Assembly (NCBI GenBank): GCA_037447605.1
Contig: CM074811.1
Coordinates: forward strand, 806,001-870,000
Direction of reading: 5' to 3'
Source: Zygnema circumcarinatum SAG 698-1b
Lineage: Eukaryota; Plantae; Zygnematophyceae
Length of the DNA: 64,000 nt
The notes below the pieces were generated by a model. It was not told where the DNA came from, ran no database searches, and was given only the letters and a program-made list of their open reading frames with translations. Below are positions 1 to 12,600 of this stretch, in pieces (the stretch's first letter is position 1; each line of letters begins with the position of its first letter). The translations under genes were made by a program, and so were the position numbers.

Positions 1-151
1 TAAAACCATAAGGGCAGCTAGGTATTAGGTCAAATGACGCATTAATTCCGCATACTATGAAGGAGATTTCTAGGGTTCAGGCCTATGCGTTCGGTAACCT
101 TGGCCTCTTTCGAGGTTTAAACGGACTGCGATTACATGTGATCCGTTTCAG

Positions 152-662
152 GTGCGAGTGTCCGGGCATGGAGGATGGTTCTTGCTCCGCCTCTCTCTGC
201 ACGATCCCGTGCTGCCTCTCAACATTGAGGTATGTGGATATGGCTAAAAAAATGTCCAACTTCAAACTTCTTAACTCTATAACTTCTTAACTTCTTCGTC
301 CCAACTCCTTAAGTTCGTTCAAACTTCTTAATGTTCTTGCACTTGACGAGAATGCTCGGTGATGAAGGGCACGTGTTCGAGGCGATGCCCTGACTGACCC
401 CCTTCCTTTCTTTTTAACTTATGAATGTTTTTGTTGGGTAGCGTATTCAGCCTTTACACCATTACACCATTCGGCATATTTAGTGTGGGCCACCCTCTGC
501 TTCTATATTAAAGTTGAAGAGGATGTTTGTTTTTGTGTATTATCTGTGCAGGCACCTTCAGAAGAAGCAGCGAAAAAACTCGGTGAAGGAGTACTGAAGG
601 TGGTGAAGAAGTTTCCGGCTTTGGATATATCTCCTCTTGAAAAGTACCTCGCTATTGCCTGA
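152..662 (+). CDS. Last two exons of an alpha-D-phosphohexomutase (phosphoglucomutase/phosphomannomutase-like) gene; 5' part lies outside the window
   Basis: Exons 152-229 (AG/GT, phase 0) and 552-662 splice to VRVSGHGGWFLLRLSLHDPVLPLNIE|APSEEAAKKLGEGVLKVVKKFPALDISPLEKYLAIA*. GWFLLRLSLHDPVLPLNIE matches the C-terminal domain of plant PGM/PMM-like proteins (Arabidopsis At1g70820 type, from memory). Confidence 0.8.
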
Positions 663-1940
663 CTTTCAAGCATACACGTGTGGAAAACTTGAAGTGGTTC
701 TTCAGATGGTGAGGTGTGGCTGGCATGAGTGCGTGCCGGCCGTAATGTCTTTATTCGAAAGTGGTGAGATAAGTTTCTTACTTTGAAGCGCTAATCTAAA
801 AGGGGTCGGCTAAAACAACAGATGCTCGGATAAGGTTTGGTTCATGCAGAGGTTGCGGGATGTGAGGGAGGGAGGGAGGTGGAGGTGGTTGCGATGAATT
901 TATGCACGTTGTGCAGGATTCGCAGAGGGGTAGAGAGGAGTGAGAGTATTGGCATATTTGCAGGAATAAGGCTAGGGATGTCAGCTGATGTTTTAGAGTA
1001 TAGAGGCCGCGTAAAAGAAGGGCCCAGCCAGCAATGAAGGCCACGGTAGTTGAGAGTCTCCTACAGCTTTGTGCCGTTATTAATTTTCAAAAGAGATGAG
1101 TTTTTTTGGTTGCAAACTGTGGCAAGTGTGCATGGATTACACTACACTCAATGCCACACCCTCCTCTCACTACGCTCCCTTACTCGCATATCCGTGCCAG
1201 CTGAAAATACCTAAAAAAAAGGGAGAGGGAGAAGGAAAGGGGGAGGGGGAGGGGCGGAGAGAGCGAGAGGGGAGGGGAGGGGAGGGGAGGGGAGGGGAGG
1301 GGCGGGAAGAGGGAGAGAGCGGGAGAGCGAGAGATGGAGAAATAAACAAACGATCGAGAGTAAAGGAGAAATAGTGATAGATGTCGAGAGATAAAGTAGA
1401 AAAAACGACAGAGAGACAGGGAAAGCCAGAGGGGAGGGATTTGGCAATTTGTGAGGGGAGAGAACATGGGAGCGAGAAAAGGGAGAGAGGACAGGGCAGA
1501 AAGGTATAAGCTGTGCTTCTAAACCGACAAACTCAGTTTTTGGAGCGCCCCGCCTCGGTTTTCGCAGGTTTGTGCCGTACACCGAGATACGGTTTCCATG
1601 GTAAGAATCTAGAATGAAAGTCTGCTAAATACTGTTCGAATTTCCCGTACATTCTGAATATCGTACCATAAATATCATAAAGTATTTAGGTCGATACGAT
1701 ACGGTACGATATTCAATATCGGAGGCTGAGCTCCAAGCCCCCCACAGCTCCTTCCCTCAGTGGACTTTGGGGGCTTTGAAGGGTTTTTGGGCGGGGAATG
1801 CTCGCTAGGAAGCGATTAAGATGCTATTTTTTTTTCTGTAAACCTCTTTCTTTATTAGAAAGAATAGAAAAAATAAAGGAAAACTTGAAAGGATTAAATT
1901 AAAATTCACTTGAGATAATAGAAGGAAAAAGGCGGCCGCC

Positions 1941-2863
1941 ATGGCTCTCCTTCCCCGCCTCTTCTCGCGCTTTGGGGGGGCGCACGCATGCGCCACGTGG
2001 CACCCCGCATGGCGAATAATGGCGGAATTGGATGCTGTAAGTAGGCGGGAGTGTCTGGGCGGCGGGTGTGGTGGCGAGGGGAGGGAGGCTCTCGCTACGC
2101 CGGGAGAGGCGAGGGAGGGAGTGATGCGTATGGCGGAGGAAGGGAGCATATTGGAGGTCGGGTCTGCGGTCAGAATTAGGGTTGGAGGGAAGGAGAGGGA
2201 GCGGGAGTTGAGGAATGGTGAGAATGTTCGTGGGTGGGGGGAGGCGAGTGGGGGAAGAGGAGGAGGTGGATCCCTTTTGGGGAGACTTGGAAAGCAGGCG
2301 ATGTGGGGTGGAAATTTGGGGAGTGCTTTTGTTTTAGGGCAAGGAGCTTCGCAAGTTAGGGCGGGCAATATTGTTCTGGAAGCAAGGTTTAGTACTGAAG
2401 TCAGAGAGGATGTAGCTGATGCGGCAGTTCAGGGGGGGGTGGAGGAGCAAAAGAGGAGGGAAGGAGGAGGAGGAGGAGGAGGAGGAGGGGAGGATGGAAG
2501 TTCAGAAGAGGTTGGAGAAGGGAGGGAGTCAGATATGGATCCTTGGAGTTCTGTTCAAGGGCGCGAGAAGGGAGAGAGTAGCGATGGCGGGGGGGGGGCG
2601 AGGGAGGGACTGATGAAAGAAGACGCTGAGATTCATGGTTCGGCTCAAACGTCACGATCACTGAGAAAGAAGGGACTTGCGGCGGAGCCTGGAGGTAGCA
2701 CCGACAGTAGCAGGAGAAGAAAGAAGGAGGGGACAGAGACGCTGGAATTGAAGCAGATGGACACAAGAGTGATGGTCGGGCGGCCGGATTTCGGCAAATT
2801 TGCTCCTTTTAATCGGTATGGTTACTAATGTGAAGGCGTTGGTCTCTCTCTCTCTCTCTCTCC

Positions 2864-2897
<34 letters not shown>

Positions 2898-2956
2898 GCT
2901 CGCTTCGCATCCCTTTTTCTCTGCGCCTTGTCTGCTCTCCCGCTCTTTCCGCCGGC

Positions 2957-3003
<47 letters not shown>

Positions 3004-3910
3004 CCTTGAGGCCCTCTCTGTCATCTTCGTCCGCCCCTCCCCCGTGTCTCAGCGACCTGCAGAACCGCGACAAGCTCATCCTGCGCGGCCTCCTCTTCCA
3101 CGGCTTCCACGGCGTCCTCGAGGAGGAGCGCCGCCTCGGACAAAAGTTCCGCGTCGACATCGACGCCGTCGCGGACCTGCGCAGGGCCGGGACCTCCGAC
3201 AACGTGCGGGACACCGTCAGCTACGCCGACATTTACATGTATCCCTCTCCCCCTCCCTCTCGCTCTCTCTCCCTCTCTCCCTCTCTCTCTATCTATCTCT
3301 CTTTGTGCTTCAAGTCCTCTCGGGAAAGCATTAAGGAAGGAGTGATTGCAGAACTATAGAATTTTTCGGGGCGCCTTAGAGACAGATGTAGACTTATGTG
3401 GTTGGACTTTTAATTCTCTTGTTCGCTCTCGTTCGAAACCAAAAACCTTTCCTTTTTTTTTTTTCCCTTCGAGTCGGCTGCCGGCTATCATCCCAATATG
3501 TGCTCTTGCGAGTGCTAAGCAATCAATGTCTATGAAAGAACTCCACCATTTGGACCCTTCAAACCCCATCCCCAATCCCGCAAACTAAACTCTGTTTTCC
3601 GGCCCATTCCTCTCCCTTCAGGTGCGTGAAGGAGGTCCTGGAGGGCCCGCCCTTCCGCCTCCTTGAAGCGGTGGCGGCGGCCATTGCTCGCCGAACCTTC
3701 GAGCGGTTTGTCGCGGTGCGCAGCCTCCGCATCCGCGTGGGGAAGCCCCACGTGGCGGTGCCCGGAGTGGTCGAGTACCTCGGGGTCGACATTGTGCGGC
3801 ACCGCTCCTTCAGGACCACTAATGTTGCTGCTACTCCCAAAGGGCCGGTCGGCAGCAGGGAGGAGGAGGAGGGGGAGGGGGATGCTTGGGACGAGCTTGG
3901 GAGGGAGTGA
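1941..3910 (+). CDS. folB: Dihydroneopterin aldolase with long low-complexity N-terminal extension
   Basis: Exons 1941-2815, 3053-3238 and 3622-3910 join in frame through GT-AG introns (both phase 2), 449 aa. Core DKLILRGLLFHGFHGVLEEERRLGQKFRVD...DTVSYADIY|MCVKEVLEGPPFRLLEAVA...VRSLRIRVGKPHVAVPGVVEYLGVDIVR is a typical FolB. An alternative in-frame ATG lies at 2757. Confidence 0.9.
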
Positions 3911-5464
3911 TGATGGAGGGAGGGAGGGAGGGAGGGAGGAGGGAGGGAGGGAGAGAGGGAGGGAGGGAGGGGAGGGAGGGAGGGAGGAGGAGGAGGGGGA
4001 GGGAGGGAGGGAGGGAGGGGGAGGGAGGGAAGGAGGGGGGGGGTGACTGAGAATGCATGCATGTGCATGGCATTGCAAGGAAGGCGGGCAGAGTGTTGGG
4101 ATCGGCGGTAAGGACGATGGGGGCATGTTTCGCTGAATAGGATTCTTGTTTGCACACTATGCGGTGCATTGGTGCAAACGATGGTATCAAGGTCTTACAC
4201 AATTTTGATGACGGGCAACATTTAAGCAGCATTGGAAATCGCACATGATGACATCTGCATGTGGCATGCATTTCCATGCACATTCGTTGTTATCGATTGA
4301 CAAGACACCCCACCATGCGCAACGGAAGCCCAGAGGACGGATGGAACCACATAGAAAGAACTTGCGAGCGAAAGGACGACCGACTTCCGAACAATGCTTG
4401 GGTCGCTAATTGTAACTTCACTGACTTGGATGATGCTCACATGTGTTCTTGGCTTAGCCCAGTCTTAGTTTCGTGTACATGTCAAAACAACTGTCAGTTC
4501 CAGGCACGACAACAGCTTGCTCCCTCCCTCCCTCCCCTCCTCCCCCAAACCAAATAACCAAGTGACCAAGTGACGGGAAGCCCTGGGAAGGGCTGCGTAG
4601 TTGAGCCTAGGCGTAGCTCTCTCCCTCTCTCTCTATCTTTTCTTTTGTCCTTAGGTCCTTTGCGCCCAGTTCCTCGTGGTTCACCATGCTGACTTGTCCA
4701 TGTACATTTGATGGCATCATCATCGACATCGTGAGATCAATGCCATATCTCTTGCCAGTCCCAATCGCATGTGGACGTGCGACACGATGCGACCCTCCCT
4801 GCGACACTCCGCAACAGTCGCACAGCCCTACAAGTCAGTAGTTACATTCTGTTGGCCAAACTTTGAATTGGTCATTAGTCATACTCATTTAGTAGCCAAA
4901 CCAGCCCTAATATTGGCCCCTCCAATGCCCCACACTTCTCCATTCTTGGCTTTAGTCATGTCCTGCAATTAGCTGTAGAACGAATGACTAATAGTCGATA
5001 GCCAAATAGCCATGTCCCATTCCATTTCCCTTCAGCCATTTCGTCCCTGCCTCCATGGGAGCCATGGCTAACCGACTAAGCCATGGCCATGGCTGGCGGT
5101 TCTGTCCTCCTGCAACCGCTCAGCGCCGGAGGGAGAGAAAAGAAGGCCCCTTTCGTGGGAACATTCTCTCTAAAAGCCCTAAAACTGCTGCTCGCATCCA
5201 CGGCTGCCTAAAGAAGCATCTCCTTTTCAGCTTCCACCGTGTCTTCATCCGAGCAGGCATTTTAATAGCTGAGAGGCTTTGGTCTTGTTCAAATTTTCAA
5301 GTTCAAAATTTTTAAATTCCGAATTTTAATAGCTTTGAGTTCGACATTACTTACATTACTTAATTCAATCTTGTTCTGAACATCGCTACCTCACTCTTGG
5401 TTTTGGTGGAGTACCTGACCAGCCCTATATTACAGATTCTCTCGGTGAAGCTTCTGCTATACAG

Positions 5465-8400
5465 ATGTTGAACGCTTCACTCACTGTTCAATGTTTAGTT
5501 TTCAATCTTTTCCTTTGGAGCGTGCTGCTCTTGTCTGTAACGGCGCATGAGGATCATTCTGACGCTCGTAAGTTTCAAATGCTTACAATTTGCTCTATTT
5601 ATCATGCAAACTGCAAGCATATTTGGTGGCATAAACCAGTTAGGCAAGTCTGACGTTTCTGGAGCAAAATATGGAGCTTCACTGACATAATGTAGCGGAG
5701 TTCGTATTCAGAACTGCTTTACCATGCAGTACACCTCATTGCATGTACTTTCAAAAGTATTCCTTTGCCGAACTCATGAGCAAGCAAGCCGGCTAACATC
5801 CGATGACCAGCTTAAAAATGCCGAATCTGCCAAAAACTTCCTAATTTTCTAAACTAAAGGCTGTTGTTATCAATCTACCTGTGTGAATTGCAGCTACATG
5901 CGATAATGCGGACGTTCCCTCTTCGATTGTTACTCCATATGTGCCCGGCACCATCACCATTGATGGCAATTCAAGCGATTGGGAGACCGTAGATGGAGAA
6001 TCTTTCAAAATGGTGCAAGCCTTTGGACCCCCTGATCTGTACCCTCAGGGCTCCGGCGAAATGGTGATCAAGGTTTGTGAAATGCTATGAAGACTCCGCC
6101 ATCTTGGCTATTCGGCTCGGAGTATGCGGTGCTAAAGCTTGGGGTGTGAACTTTAGATTTGGAGCTGTTTATACGTTCTTAGCTAGTACTCAAAGATTGT
6201 TCCAAATACGGTGCCGCTCTTCACATCTTTTTTCAAACTCCTTGCTTAGCGTAACCTTTTGATTAAGACTGCAAATATTTTCATCTTTTTTCCAGGCTGC
6301 ACATGATGGACGGAATCTCTATGTGCTCCTTCAGGCACCTGGCGCCTTTGTATGGAGTGCCGAGTACGTTCAGTTATGCCATTGAACTTGCGTAGAGGGA
6401 AGGAAGTGATTGTTTCATGACGCTTACAAACTTAAGGCATTACGCTGTCTCTCTCGTCTCTCCTCCCTCTCCCTCCAGTCACTCTCCCCCCGACCAATCT
6501 GTTTGTTACTACCTTCTAGATTGTGAACATTCGTCGGAGTTGTTCTGTTAATCGCATGGTGAGAATGAGCCTGACTCGTAACGGTTAGTCCGATTTTTGG
6601 TTCCCTTGGGGCACAGTATGTGAAGATGTGGTTTCCGATGGATGTGAACCATGCAGGAATGGACATTCCGCGCCATCTGTAGCCCTTATGTTCGGAATTG
6701 GCGACGATGCAACTTTTTATCGGGTGATTTCCTTGCCCAATGCTTTAAAGTAGATGACTGTCTGTTATACTTCCAGACTTATTTTTTCTTTTCTTTTGTT
6801 GCTAGGCCCTCAGATATCTGAACAACATACGCTTTCTTGCTCGGGATAAAACAAATGCTTTGCTGAAGCCACAACACTGCTAGTCAAAAAGACATCCACT
6901 CTCCATTTAGAAGCAGCGTGAGTGGGATTCAGCATTAGATTCATATGTGAATCAGATGTACGAGTAACTTCTAAGTTCGGGAAATTCAAACTTTTTTGGT
7001 CTGATTTTTAGAGGTTTGTGCAGATGGGTGGTTGTGCTGAATGTTCAGAAGATGCCTGCAGAGGCCACGAAGTTGACCTCATACAATTTAAAATACACAC
7101 AGCCATTCCCGGTCGACTATATGGCGGCAATCCTGTGGACAACTTGCAGGGCTCCGGGAAGGACAGGTTTGTTAAACTGTCTTCATTGTAGGCATCTCAT
7201 TCTAGTAGTTCTAGTTTACTTGGCTGTATTCAAGCATTAGCTAATCGCTTCTGCAAGGGAGGGCTGCTGGAGGGTTTGATTGAGCTTGCACTCAGAGTTT
7301 GCGTAGAGGTTGTGATGGATGGACTCATAGGGAATGTGTGGGACGATGCAGCATTGGCCACTTAAATGACATGTTTGCTTGGAACCCACACTGCATCTCT
7401 TTTGACTCTCCGCCTCCATCTTCAGGTGGGTGTAGTGTCTGTTTTTTTTCGGAGTTTTACTGTATTGAAGTGCTTGTGTGCAAATGCGCATGCATAAGGG
7501 TATGTAAACATCTCTTCGGAGAGCATGCTGAAAAACTAGTGTTAGTCGGAAGAAAAATTTGGATGGATACTAGGCTCTCATGTATGACGATGTTGGTGTT
7601 TAACCACTCATTCAACGTGTATCCTAACCTGGTCTTATTTCAGCATAGACCTAAACACTATGTGAGATAATTGATTCAGGCTTCTCTCAAGTGTTTGCCA
7701 CAAAGAAAACCAAACATAGACATGCATACATACACACATGCAATTGCTTTTTTTACGATAAAAGAACTCATGTGCAGGTCTGAATGTCAGCGACCCTCTG
7801 TTGGCTGCTAGCGGAGCGAAAAATGAGTGGAAGGGCTCATGGAGTCACACAAGCATCGCCGGTGAATATGGTGCGGACTTTCCTACTTCACCCAAAAAAG
7901 TTGAAGATTAGATGAAATGCGCGCAGAAAAAACGATGGGAGAGTCAAAAGAACTCTATTTGCATGGATAGATGGTGATGGTCTGAAAATATCTTTTGTTA
8001 AGTTTGAGGTGGTCTGTGTAAGGAGGTGAAGTACTTTGGCATTGGGCTCACTTGGGCTGTTTGTGACTGCTGGAAAGGGAGAGAAATAGAGCCAAACAGA
8101 GAGAAAGGAGAGGCAGAGTGAGGAGTGTATGCAGACAGATAAGAGCGCAGTTAGGAAAACGGGGAAAGGGAGAGTAACCTGCTATGGTGCTATGGTGGTC
8201 GAAGGCAGGTGTTGGTGAACTTCAGAGTACTGAATTGACTTAGTAACGCTAATGTGTGCCTATACACGATGAAAAAGAATGATGTGTCTTTCCTTTTTTG
8301 ACTTTGGCATGCAGGTCTGCTTACTCGTGATGCCCCGTTCAGCCAAGCGGGTGCAAATGGAGACTTCATTTTTGAATTCACTCGTCCCCTGCGAACAGAA

Positions 8401-9120
8401 GATCGCTTCCAGCAGGTGAAACTTGTTTGCCCGACCCCTACCACCGTTTGAGAATTCATAAGCGCTTTAAGCAGAGGCTGGAAGATAAAACGTTTTATTC
8501 TTACTCTTTGTTCTTGTACAATCAAACACCTTAGTGACTAGTTACTGATGTATCAGTACCACTGAACCTACTTTGGTCTATCCATGTCTTAAACGTTAGT
8601 GTCTTAGTTAGCAATGAATTGTAGAGTTCAAGGCAAACTCGTTCACTCATAGCTGCCTCCAAACTGGCTGGCTAAGAACACCCTCACTAAGTATGACGAT
8701 ATGAACAAAAAATCCACTTTTGTCGGACAAAATTCTCCGTAAGAAGGCCAGTGTACTCACTACAGAACGATCATTTTCCCCACATTTCAGGATGCTCAAT
8801 TTTCGGTGGGAAACTCCCAGCGTTTTGGAGCCGCCATTTGGTACCCTGTGGCAGGGCAGCCGTGGTCCCCTGGGCAACATTATGTGCTATCATGTGATTG
8901 GGTATCCCTCGATCTACATGCAGCCCCCATGCCGTACAATGGCTGGGCTTCTGCTAATGAAGCAGGAGGTCTTTCTAACTCCGCCGCGGCAGCCATAGCT
9001 GCATTGGCTCTTCTGATTTCTCTTGCCGCCATTTTTGTCGTCGTCGTGGTTGGGTGGTGGGTGCGAGCTAATGGTAGACAATTCACTTCCATAGATGGCA
9101 TTGAGTTTTCCTCGCGCTAG
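5465..9120 (+). CDS. Signal-peptide, heme-binding DOMON/EB_dh-like (cytochrome c-552/DMSO reductase-like) protein with C-terminal TM helix; At3g62370-like
   Basis: Exons approx 5465-5567, 5894-6072, 6296-6363, 6657-6723, 7024-7167, 7351-7424, 7779-7861, 8317-8415, 8791-9120. Spliced motifs: PGTITIDGNSSDW, AAHDGRNLYVLLQ, PSVALMFGIGDDATFYRMGGC, CRGHEVDL...AIPGRLYGGNPVDN, GHLNDMFAWNPHC, FEFTRPLRTEDRFQQDAQF, AIWYPVAGQPW...CDWVSLD, then a hydrophobic TM segment. Confidence 0.85.
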
Positions 9121-9634
9121 GGATGATGGCTTTGTGTGAGAGTTTATAATATAGCAGCAGCAGAAGAGCGGTAGAGTAGTTGAGTACAGGAATAGGTAGC
9201 AGAGGATGTGAAAACTTCAAAGCCAATTGCGAATATAGACAAAAGGATGCAAGCACGCAGTCTTGGATCCTCAAATTTCGATGTTCATCTGTCGTCATTC
9301 TGCTTGCTCTCAATATAAGCTTACGGCTAAGCCCACACAGATACACTCATCAACAACCAACATTGTCAAATAGGGGTTGCTCAATCTTTTCCGGACACAT
9401 TCAGCCACACTAGCGTACAGCTCATAATCATAAATTTCTTTTGTTTTTTTTTTGAAGCTTTACAGTATACTACAAAGATGTGGTCATGTGTTCAATCAAG
9501 TAGTCAGCTACTCAGGTTTAGTATTCATACAAGAAGAGTTGAACACTAGCAACATTATTTAAAATGTGATTTGGTACACATCAGATATTGCAAAGACCTA
9601 CGCTAAGCTGACCTAAGCTTGTCGTGCAAATTCC

Positions 9635-12600
9635 TTAGTTCGAGGTCCCAGGACGAGTTGAATGCAAGAATTTATCGCTAGACAAAATCTGACCTACACT
9701 TCTAGAGTCGTCCGCTTCGTCCGCTTCAGGAAGTTGCTCAGAAAGCCTCACATCCTGCCAAAAACGATGTACAAGATCCGCATCAGTTTTCGTATTCCAT
9801 CACACTCTGTCTCGAGCATCATATAACCCCTTGGTTTAAGCCTTAAGTGATGTCCTAATGAGCCTGACCCCTTTGCAGCATATGCACATGTCAATGGTCT
9901 ATTTGCTGCATTTTGTACCAATCATAATCCCTCAAGAAAACGTGAATTCCCAAACCACCAAATTGGACACTTCCGATTCCAAAAGCGTTGGAACTCTAAA
10001 TTTCCAGCTCACCGCTTGACTGCAGATGTAGACGCTCTCCTCCTCCCCCTGCTGATGCCTTCCCTCCAAAAGAGTCTGTAGCCGGCCACCCATCAGCGAA
10101 TGACACGCGCGTGAAAAGGAAAGCAAACGAGACAGAGAGAGGGGAGATAGAGAGCACGAGAGAAAGAAAGAGGGTGGGGCAGAAGGGGACAAGACAATTG
10201 GAAGGGGGTCGGGGAGAGGGAGAGGAGAAGGGGGGGAAGGGGTTGATGGAGGGAAGGTGAGGCGGGGGGAGAGAGATGGGGAGGTTGGAGGAGGGCAGGG
10301 TGGAGAGGGCGAAAGCGAGAGAGAGAGAGCGAGCGAGCGCGCAAGAGAGTGAAAGTGCGAGAGAGAGAGAGACCTCTCGCAGCAAGTCTTTTCGGGTGAT
10401 TATGCCGACCACTTTTGGTGGACGAGGAACAACGCAGAGGTGGCGCAGCCCGAGCTGTCGGAACAAAGTGTGGACCTGAGGCAGTCCCGCACACCCAATG
10501 CTTCAACTAACTTTAAAAACATTAAGAAAATCAAAACAAAATCTTTATTTTGTGTGGACGTTTCGCGCATTAGAAAACTTCCATGCCTGCTAATCTTTTC
10601 TCCCCTGACCTCCGGGATCAATCCCTCGTCTACAAACAACGTCGAAGTTGCAAATCAGTGGCTCGCCTCATATGAAATAATATCCCGAATTCACATCTTT
10701 CAGCGAGGCAGAGCGCTCCCTCTCTCTCTCTTCCCCCCCCCCCCCTTCGTCCCCCCCCTTCCCCCCTCGTCCCCTTCCCCCTCCCCTACCACCCTCTCTC
10801 TCTCTCTCTCTCTCTCTCTCACCTTTGCAAGCGACATGTCCTCGTCAACCACATAGGGGCTTGGGCTTATGAAGGGCTTGAGGTCAAGCCACATGGCAAG
10901 CTCAAGGGGCTCCAATTCCACTTCCTCCACACTCAGCCCCTTCGTAGAGACGGGCTTTGCAAAGTCGGAATCGTCATACCTGCGAGAGGTAACTACCACC
11001 CAAAGTATTAGCGGAAGTGTTCAGTTATTACAGGGAGTGTAGTATTGATATTTGCCAGTAGTAGTATAGTCGTAGTCGTGCAGTAGTGGTCGCTCATTAG
11101 TAGTAGTACTAACAATAACAGGAATTAATAGAAGAACTAGTGGTAGTATCTGTTCTTTGTTTCGAGTGGCAGCCAACAACAGTAGTTGTTCCTCGTACTA
11201 GTTCATTGTAATGCCAAATTCATCTCTGATCATTTCCGGATCGCTTTTGAACAGAGCGAGAGAGAAAGAGTAAGAGAGAAAGAGAGCGAGAGAGGGAGAG
11301 AGAAAGAGAGAGAGAGAGAGAGATTCCTCCCTGAAGGTTATTTTCTTTATGCTCTTGGAATGTTTAGGGTTTCATGGGCTGGAGGGTTCACTTGGAGGTG
11401 TTTCGCACGCGGATGGTCTGCGGCTGACGGCGATGTTGGAAGTCAGCGCGGGACCGAAGGAGCACCAAAAGATGGCTGCAAGGCAACCCTAAAACTGAAC
11501 TGTCAGCATAGAAACCCAAAAGACATATAGCCGAAAAACTCATCTTATAAGAAGACTAACAGGCCGCGTTTAAGGCTGCTACAAATCGTGTGCTCAAAAC
11601 CCTAAAAGTTAGCACCACATCTGATTTCCTTCCAACCCATGCCACGCAATGCAGGCAAGTCCAACCCTAGAAAGTTGTGGAGAGTTTTGAACGAGCATAA
11701 AGTAGAGGGCGACATGAAGATGGTTTTCAGAGCGTACCTTCTCAATATGAGACCAATAAACTGCGTTTGCCCATCCGGGAGTTCCTCAATTACCTGTTTC
11801 ACCGGTTCCATGCCGCAGTGTCCGTTACATGGCCGTAAAGCAGAAGCAAAGAAAGGATGGAATGTATGTGTATGAGAGAGGGAGAGAGTGAGCGAGGGAG
11901 AGAGTGAGCGAGGGAGAGATGGAGACAGAGAGGAGAGAGAGGCAGAGAGAGAGAGAGAGCCTACAGGGTAACCGTTGTGGTTAGTCGCCTTCAGGACCTC
12001 CACAATATGGCCCACTCGTTCTATGCGTGAAAATTGCACCACCTGCAATTTCAACAGATTTGTTTTGCAACAACACCAATTTCGAACTAGTCTTTCCGAC
12101 TCTGAAAACAATGTCGCATGTTGCGTAGAAGAAGAGAAATTTCGAGACTTCCAAATTTTAAGTTTGTAAGCGCTTCTAACATTGATCAAGTTTTTAGGGT
12201 TTTTAGGGTCGTAAGTCCTAAGAGCTTGTTCCCCTTTCTCAGGTCTTTGCCACATTTCCATGTGTCCGCCGCGGGGAGCCCTCAACCCTCATTCAATACA
12301 TGCCTTAAAGCCCTCCGCGATCCGAAAACTGCTAAACCCTGAACCATAAAACTCGACCGCAAACGCCATAAAACCCAAAGCCCTACAAACCCAAAGGTAC
12401 CTAACCCTGAAACTGAGCCTAGAACTTACGGCTTTACACCTAAACCTTAAACCCTCAATCTAACTAAACCCTAAATCCTAACCATAAACCCTTCAAACCC
12501 TAAACCCTAAACCCCCTAACATCTCAACCCTAAACCCCACGATGTAAACCGTAAACCCTAAACCCTAAACCCTAAACTATACCCCCTATCCCCCACCCCT

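Noticed and set aside
796-1582. Short ORFs between the PGM-like gene and folB
   Set aside because: GA-rich low-complexity intergenic/UTR sequence with no domain similarity.
3239-3621. folB intron 2 as a U12-type intron (donor GTATCCCT)
   Set aside because: One mismatch to GTATCCTT, no TCCTTAAC-like branch point near the acceptor, and the match is explained by the CT tract that follows.
4840-5110. Weak inverted motifs (attagtcat/atgactaat, agccatggct palindromes) upstream of the heme-binding gene
   Set aside because: Too short and degenerate to define a MITE, with no TIR/TSD pair.
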